43,938 bases of DNA. Origin: Candidatus Niyogibacteria bacterium (GTDB taxonomy: Bacteria; Patescibacteriota; Minisyncoccia; 1-14-0-10-42-19). The translations under genes and the position numbers were made by a program. The notes beneath the pieces are model-generated. The model saw only the letters and a list, made by a program, of their open reading frames with translations, was not told the DNA's origin and did no database searches. Positions 39,813 to 43,938 of this stretch are shown one piece after another (the first letter of the stretch is position 1; each line of letters starts with the position of its first letter). The stretch lies in assembly GCA_016204155.1 (NCBI GenBank), contig JACQLG010000063.1:1-43938 (forward strand), read 5' to 3'.

Positions 39813-40022
39813 ATGAACGATCAAAAACAGTGCTATTTTTGCACATCAAATATCAAAATAGTGAATTATAAAGACCCTGAAATGCTCAAGAAGTTCTTAG
39901 GAGCGCAGGCGAAGATCCTTCCGCGAAAGCAGACCGACCTCTGCGCAAAACATCAGCGGAGTCTTGCGCAAGCAATCAAACGCGCCCGCTTTTTAGCGCT
40001 TCTCCCGTATATTGCTCAATAA
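39813..40022 (+). CDS. rpsR: 30S ribosomal protein bS18
   Basis: CYFC...IVNYKDPEMLKKF...LCAKHQRSLAQAIKRARFLALLPY is the canonical S18 pattern. Confidence 0.92.
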   Translation: MNDQKQCYFCTSNIKIVNYKDPEMLKKFLGAQAKILPRKQTDLCAKHQRSLAQAIKRARFLALLPYIAQ

Positions 40023-40060
40023 AACACAAAAATCCCGACTAATCGGGATTTTTGTGTTTT
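40021..40060. terminator. bidirectional terminator between rpsR and recA
   Basis: 18-bp perfect stem aaaacacaaaaatcccga / tcgggatttttgtgtttt around loop ctaa. Confidence 0.8.
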
Positions 40061-40111
40061 ATTCTTAATGAGATCTATCTTTCATAAAAACATCTCAGCT
40101 AACAAGAACTT

Positions 40112-41101
40112 TTAAATAGTCTTCAACTTCTTCTCAATTTCGCTCATTATTTTTTTATTGTCTTTAAGGAAATTTTTTGCGTTATCAAAACCAACGCCGA
40201 GTTTTGTGGCATCAAAACTGTATGACGCTCCTGATTTTTTTACGATTCCGTGTTTTTCCGCAAAATTTAAGAGATCTGCCTCAAATGAAATTCCTTCATT
40301 ATACATAATATCAAATTCCGCGGTTCTGAAAGGCGGAGCAACTTTATTTTTTACCACTTTTGCTTTTACGCGATTCCCTATCACTTCCTCTCCCTTTTTA
40401 ATCTGCGCGGCCCGCCTCACTTCCACTCGTACTGATGAATAAAATTTAAGAGCTTTACCGCCGGGCGTTATCTCGGGATTCCCAAAAAATACTCCTATCT
40501 GCATCCGAATTTGATTAATAAAAATAAGCAGTGTTTTCGTACGCGACGTCAAGGCAGAAAGCTTGCGCAACCCATGCGACATTAAACGCGCCTGCAACCC
40601 TACATGCTGTTGACCCATCTCTCCCTCAATTTCCGCCCTCGGTGTAAGAGCCGCCACCGAATCAATAATCACAACGTCTACGCTTCCTGACCGAATCAAG
40701 CTTTCTACAATATCCAGCGCCTGCTCGCCCGTATCAGGCTGGGAAATGAGCAAATCATCAACTTTCACTCCTATTTTTTTTGCATATTCAGGATCAAGCG
40801 CATGCTCCGCATCAACAAAGGCAACGAGGCCCCCTTTTCGTTGGGCTTCCGACGCAATATGAAGCGCTAATGTCGTCTTACCGGATGATTCAGGACCATA
40901 AATTTCAATAATGCGCCCTCGCGGCATGCCGCCGACACCAAGCGCGCGATCAAGCGAAAAAGAACCCGTCGGGATGACGTCAACGTCAACTTTTGGTGCT
41001 TGCCCCAACTTCATAATTGACCCTTCGCCGTATTTATTCTGGATATCCTTTATCGTATCTTCTAAATCAATTTTCTTTTTGTCTTGTTTTTCTTTAGACA
41101 T
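40112..41101 (-). CDS. recA: recombinase RecA
   Basis: [15 protein letters not shown] Walker [10 protein letters not shown] and VIIDSVAAL blocks are present. Confidence 0.97.
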   Translation of the reverse strand: MSKEKQDKKKIDLEDTIKDIQNKYGEGSIMKLGQAPKVDVDVIPTGSFSLDRALGVGGMPRGRIIEIYGPESSGKTTLALHIASEAQRKGGLVAFVDAEHALDPEYAKKIGVKVDDLLISQPDTGEQALDIVESLIRSGSVDVVIIDSVAALTPRAEIEGEMGQQHVGLQARLMSHGLRKLSALTSRTKTLLIFINQIRMQIGVFFGNPEITPGGKALKFYSSVRVEVRRAAQIKKGEEVIGNRVKAKVVKNKVAPPFRTAEFDIMYNEGISFEADLLNFAEKHGIVKKSGASYSFDATKLGVGFDNAKNFLKDNKKIMSEIEKKLKTI

Positions 41102-41118
41102 GCTATGTGTTGAAAATT

Positions 41119-41460
41119 TTATTGGCCGGTAATATATATCATGCGTTCTTCCTCATACGTCCTGCCGAATCTCCCTTTTCCAATTATCCTAATTATATTC
41201 AAACCGTACGGCAAAATCAACTCTTCTTCAAATAAACCATTATCATCCGTAAAAATAGTCCGGCCGTCAAGAGACAGAAACGAAATATCTTCTGTTTTCC
41301 CCGATACGCTCACATGGCTCGTATAAAAATGCGCGCCCTGTTCAGGACTGAAAATCTCAAGATGAGAACCGAAAATAAATCCTTGCAGCTGGAACGCAAG
41401 ATAACCGACGAAAAGGGCAAGGATTGCTCCTAGGAGGATGTTTCGAGCAAGAGAAGACAT
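41119..41460 (-). CDS. hypothetical membrane-anchored protein
   Basis: An N-terminal TM segment ([17 protein letters not shown]) is followed by a beta-rich domain of about 80 aa. It starts 4 nt after the ftsK stop. Confidence 0.5.
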   Translation of the reverse strand: MSSLARNILLGAILALFVGYLAFQLQGFIFGSHLEIFSPEQGAHFYTSHVSVSGKTEDISFLSLDGRTIFTDDNGLFEEELILPYGLNIIRIIGKGRFGRTYEEERMIYITGQ

Positions 41461-41463
41461 ATC

Positions 41464-43779
41464 CTATTGCATTGTCCTGAAGAAATCATCTTTTGGCTCA
41501 TCATCTGCTTGAGGACGGGGTGGACGGGGAGAATGAATTTTTTCTTCTGTTTCCGTATCAGGCGGCTCCGGAAATTCATGCGAATTATCGCCTCCTACAT
41601 ATACATCGCGGGGCTTTGCCCCTTCTCCCGGACCAATTACTCCTTTTTCCTCCAGAATATCCAAAAGGCGTGCCGCGCGCGCATATCCGATACGAAGCCT
41701 TCGCTGTAAATACGATGCTGACGCTTTTTGCGCCTGGATCACTACTTTATACGCATCACCATATAACTCATCCTCGTGCTGGTCTTCAGGAACATCATCA
41801 AAAATTGACTTTTTACCCTTCACTGTTTCCTCTTCCATCTGTAAAGGTAACGCATCATAGTCGGCATAATGCTCTTCAATATATTCGGCAACTCTACGCA
41901 CTTCTTTCTCATTCACAAAACTCCCTTGGATCCGCTTCGGCTTTGCGGTATCTCCCGACAAAAACAGCATATCTCCGTTCCCTAAAAGCTTTTCCGCTCC
42001 CGACATGTCAAGAATTGTGCGTGAATCAACCTGTGAGGCAACTTGAAAAGCGATGCGCGTTGTAATATTTGCCTTAATAAGGCCCGTGATAACTTCTACA
42101 GACGGACGCTGGGTTGAAACAATCAAATGTATCCCTACAGCCCGCGACATTTGGGCAAGGCGCACGATGGAGGACTCAAGCTCCCGTGGATAAGCCGCTA
42201 TAATATCCGCCAATTCATCTATAATAATAACAATAAACGGCATTGGATGTTCCTCTGCATATGCTGTCCGCTGGTAGGAAGCAATGTCGCGCGCGCGCGC
42301 TGCCGATAATAATTCATACCGTCGTTCCATTTCCGACGCCGCCCATTTAAGCGCAATAATAGTTTTTTTCGCATCAGTAATAACAGGCGCAAGCAAATGA
42401 GGAATGCCCGCGTAGGCTGAAAGTTCAACCCTCTTCGGATCCACCAGCAAAAAACGGAGAATATCCGGCCCATTTTTATATAAAAGACTCATCATAATGC
42501 CGTGTATCGCAACCGACTTTCCCGAACCTGTGGAACCAGCGATCAGCATATGCGGCATTTTTTCAAGTGCCGTAAATATCGCCTTTCCCGATACATCGCG
42601 CCCCAAAGCGACAGAAAGAGCATATGGGCTTTCCGCGAAAACAGGATCTGCGACCAAATTCCGGATACCGACAAGAGCAACAGCGCGATTGGGTATCTCA
42701 ATCCCTACAAGAGACCTTCCCGGTATGGGCGCTTCAATCCGTATAGGGTGCGCCGCAAGAGCTAACGCAAGATCGCTATGAAGCGCGGTAATGCGCGACA
42801 GCTTTACGCCTTCTGCGGGACGGAGGGTATATTGCGTCACTGACGGCCCGACATTCACTTCCGCCATCTCAACATCAACGCCGAAATTCTTAAATGTGCG
42901 CTTAATAATATTCGCGTTTGCTTTAATATCGCCTGATGCCGGCTTCCCCTTATCATCTTCCAGAAGATCAAGCGGCGGACGCACAAACCCTTTTTTCTTC
43001 CCGCGCCGAAGAGCGCGAATTGCACGCGCAAACCCGTTATTATCTTCTCTCTCTTTATCCGCTGATTCTTGGTCATCTGACAACTGGCTATCAGACGGTT
43101 CTTCCTTCGGCTCATTTTCTTCATCCCCGTTCACTGTTATATCTTCTATATCTTCCGGCCGTTTTTTTCTTTTCAAAAACGAAAGGATGTTTTTGAGACG
43201 AAACAGTCCTCCTTTTTCTATGCCGGATGCATCTTTGCCATCTTCCTCTGCACTGTCTTCCCCATCCGCTTCCTCGCGCACGCGCATAAGGGATATATTA
43301 AGCATAAGCAGGAATGAAACGACGAAAAGCGCCGCCATAATAACCAGCGCAACCCAAAAATCAAAAAGTTTGAGGACAGGGGCCGCAACCGCATATCCCG
43401 CGTACCCCGCGGTTTTTTCGCCAAATAAAATATCAACGCCGCCCAAAACACTTACCAAGAACAAAAATCCGCCCAAAAGAGTCGGGGCAAAAAACGAGGG
43501 ACGGAAATAATAAAAAAGAGAAACACCGATGATGAAGAAAAAAATAGGAACAATCCAGTCGGCACGCCCAAATATAATATCGAGCGCATGCGCGAAAAAT
43601 TGGCCCGCGGCTCCCGCACGCCCCAGAATGGAAAGAAGAAATATCAGGGAAAATGCGAACGAAATTACAACGGCGATGGATTGCTTTGTCTCATTGCTAA
43701 TATCAGAAAACCAGGAATATTGCTCTTTGACGTCCTCCCGAGGACGCCTTTCCGGTTTCTTTCTTTGCTTTTTAACCAT
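41464..43779 (-). CDS. ftsK: DNA translocase FtsK
   Basis: N-terminal TM segments and an acidic/Lys-rich linker. The motor has Walker A AGSTGSGKS and Walker B FIVIIIDELAD, followed by a C-terminal gamma winged-helix (LQRRLRIGYARAARLLDILE). I prefer the ATG at 43779, preceded by AGGAG; the track ORF starts at 43809. Confidence 0.93.
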   Translation of the reverse strand: MVKKQRKKPERRPREDVKEQYSWFSDISNETKQSIAVVISFAFSLIFLLSILGRAGAAGQFFAHALDIIFGRADWIVPIFFFIIGVSLFYYFRPSFFAPTLLGGFLFLVSVLGGVDILFGEKTAGYAGYAVAAPVLKLFDFWVALVIMAALFVVSFLLMLNISLMRVREEADGEDSAEEDGKDASGIEKGGLFRLKNILSFLKRKKRPEDIEDITVNGDEENEPKEEPSDSQLSDDQESADKEREDNNGFARAIRALRRGKKKGFVRPPLDLLEDDKGKPASGDIKANANIIKRTFKNFGVDVEMAEVNVGPSVTQYTLRPAEGVKLSRITALHSDLALALAAHPIRIEAPIPGRSLVGIEIPNRAVALVGIRNLVADPVFAESPYALSVALGRDVSGKAIFTALEKMPHMLIAGSTGSGKSVAIHGIMMSLLYKNGPDILRFLLVDPKRVELSAYAGIPHLLAPVITDAKKTIIALKWAASEMERRYELLSAARARDIASYQRTAYAEEHPMPFIVIIIDELADIIAAYPRELESSIVRLAQMSRAVGIHLIVSTQRPSVEVITGLIKANITTRIAFQVASQVDSRTILDMSGAEKLLGNGDMLFLSGDTAKPKRIQGSFVNEKEVRRVAEYIEEHYADYDALPLQMEEETVKGKKSIFDDVPEDQHEDELYGDAYKVVIQAQKASASYLQRRLRIGYARAARLLDILEEKGVIGPGEGAKPRDVYVGGDNSHEFPEPPDTETEEKIHSPRPPRPQADDEPKDDFFRTMQ

Positions 43780-43805
43780 TATGCTCCTATTATAGGCGCT
43801 CCCGC

Positions 43806-43840
43806 CCAAAATAAAAAGGGGACTTATGTCTCCCTTTTAA
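43806..43840 (-). terminator. terminator of the upstream minus-strand gene
   Basis: Stem aaaagggga pairs with tccctttt (one bulge). A T-rich run follows on the minus strand. Confidence 0.45.
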
Positions 43841-43843
43841 TCT

Positions 43844-43938
43844 TCAATCCTCATAAATCTCATACGCTTCTTCAAGCCCTGACGTAAAAACATGAAATAA
43901 GAACTCTCTCGTATCTTCCGAACTTCTCATCTTTATAT
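43844..43938 (-). CDS. 3' end of an unidentified CDS entering from the right edge
   Basis: My minus-strand translation gives ...IKMRSSEDTREFLFHVFTSGLEEAYEIYED*, with the stop TGA at 43846-43844. It is followed by the hairpin above. Too short to identify. Confidence 0.3.
   Translation of the reverse strand, partial: IKMRSSEDTREFLFHVFTSGLEEAYEIYED

Noticed and set aside
42791-43510. 239-aa plus-strand ORF
   Set aside because: It lies entirely antisense to the well-supported ftsK gene. The translation is Ser/Pro/Arg-rich and low-complexity, and it has no RBS. This is a typical shadow ORF.
1-43938. CRISPR arrays, rRNA genes, prophage structural genes
   Set aside because: The only exact repeats seen are the 2-copy 14-mer (18743-18770), the three REP-like hairpins and the 19-bp flanking repeat. 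None has repeat-spacer periodicity. No rRNA-like or phage-structural sequences were recognised.

Overview
This is a chromosomal segment from a small-genome bacterium. The gene style fits a reduced, Patescibacteria/CPR-like lineage, but that assignment is inference only. About three quarters of the window is recognisable housekeeping: ftsH, a Leu/Glu-type dehydrogenase, parB, rel, topA, dprA, a sirtuin, murC, secG, a family-5 solute-binding protein, RNase J, trpS, a phosphohexomutase, ychF, rpsF-ssb-rpsR, recA and ftsK. I also identified three tRNAs by hand: Ile-UAU, Leu-CAA and Leu-CAG.

The standout region is about 1.16-10.04 kb. A terminator-bounded operon encodes, in order:
- a classic-clade AAA ATPase;
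- a 664-aa orphan protein with an E2/UBC-like HPx...Cys signature;
- a JAB/JAMM metallopeptidase with a perfect HxHx7Sx2D motif;
- a minimal 216-aa ThiF/E1-like adenylyltransferase;
- a small ubiquitin-like protein ending ...IVGG followed by a 6-residue tail.

Immediately upstream sits a divergently transcribed pair: a Clp/Hsp100 D2-type AAA+ ATPase and a paralog with degenerate Walker motifs. I read this as a ubiquitin-like tagging module physically coupled to unfoldase-type ATPases. That gene combination does not match the bacterial Ubl systems I know (Pup, CBASS Cap2/Cap3, Bil, Bub). A ThiS/MoaD-type sulfur-carrier reading is the main alternative.

Other notable items:
- An IS200/RAYT-type HUH transposase cassette is bracketed by REP-like hairpins. 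A third hairpin copy lies in-frame inside its own CDS, and a 19-bp direct repeat preserves a ghost murC C-terminus.
- Consensus promoters sit 6-7 nt upstream of ATG at several housekeeping genes, suggesting leaderless mRNAs.
- A block of orphan genes lies between ftsH and the dehydrogenase, including a MYG1-like/2H-phosphoesterase fusion and a degenerate paralog.
- The sirtuin lacks its zinc module.
- A UbiA/PAP2 gene pair is translationally coupled at the left edge.

No CRISPR array and no rRNA were seen.
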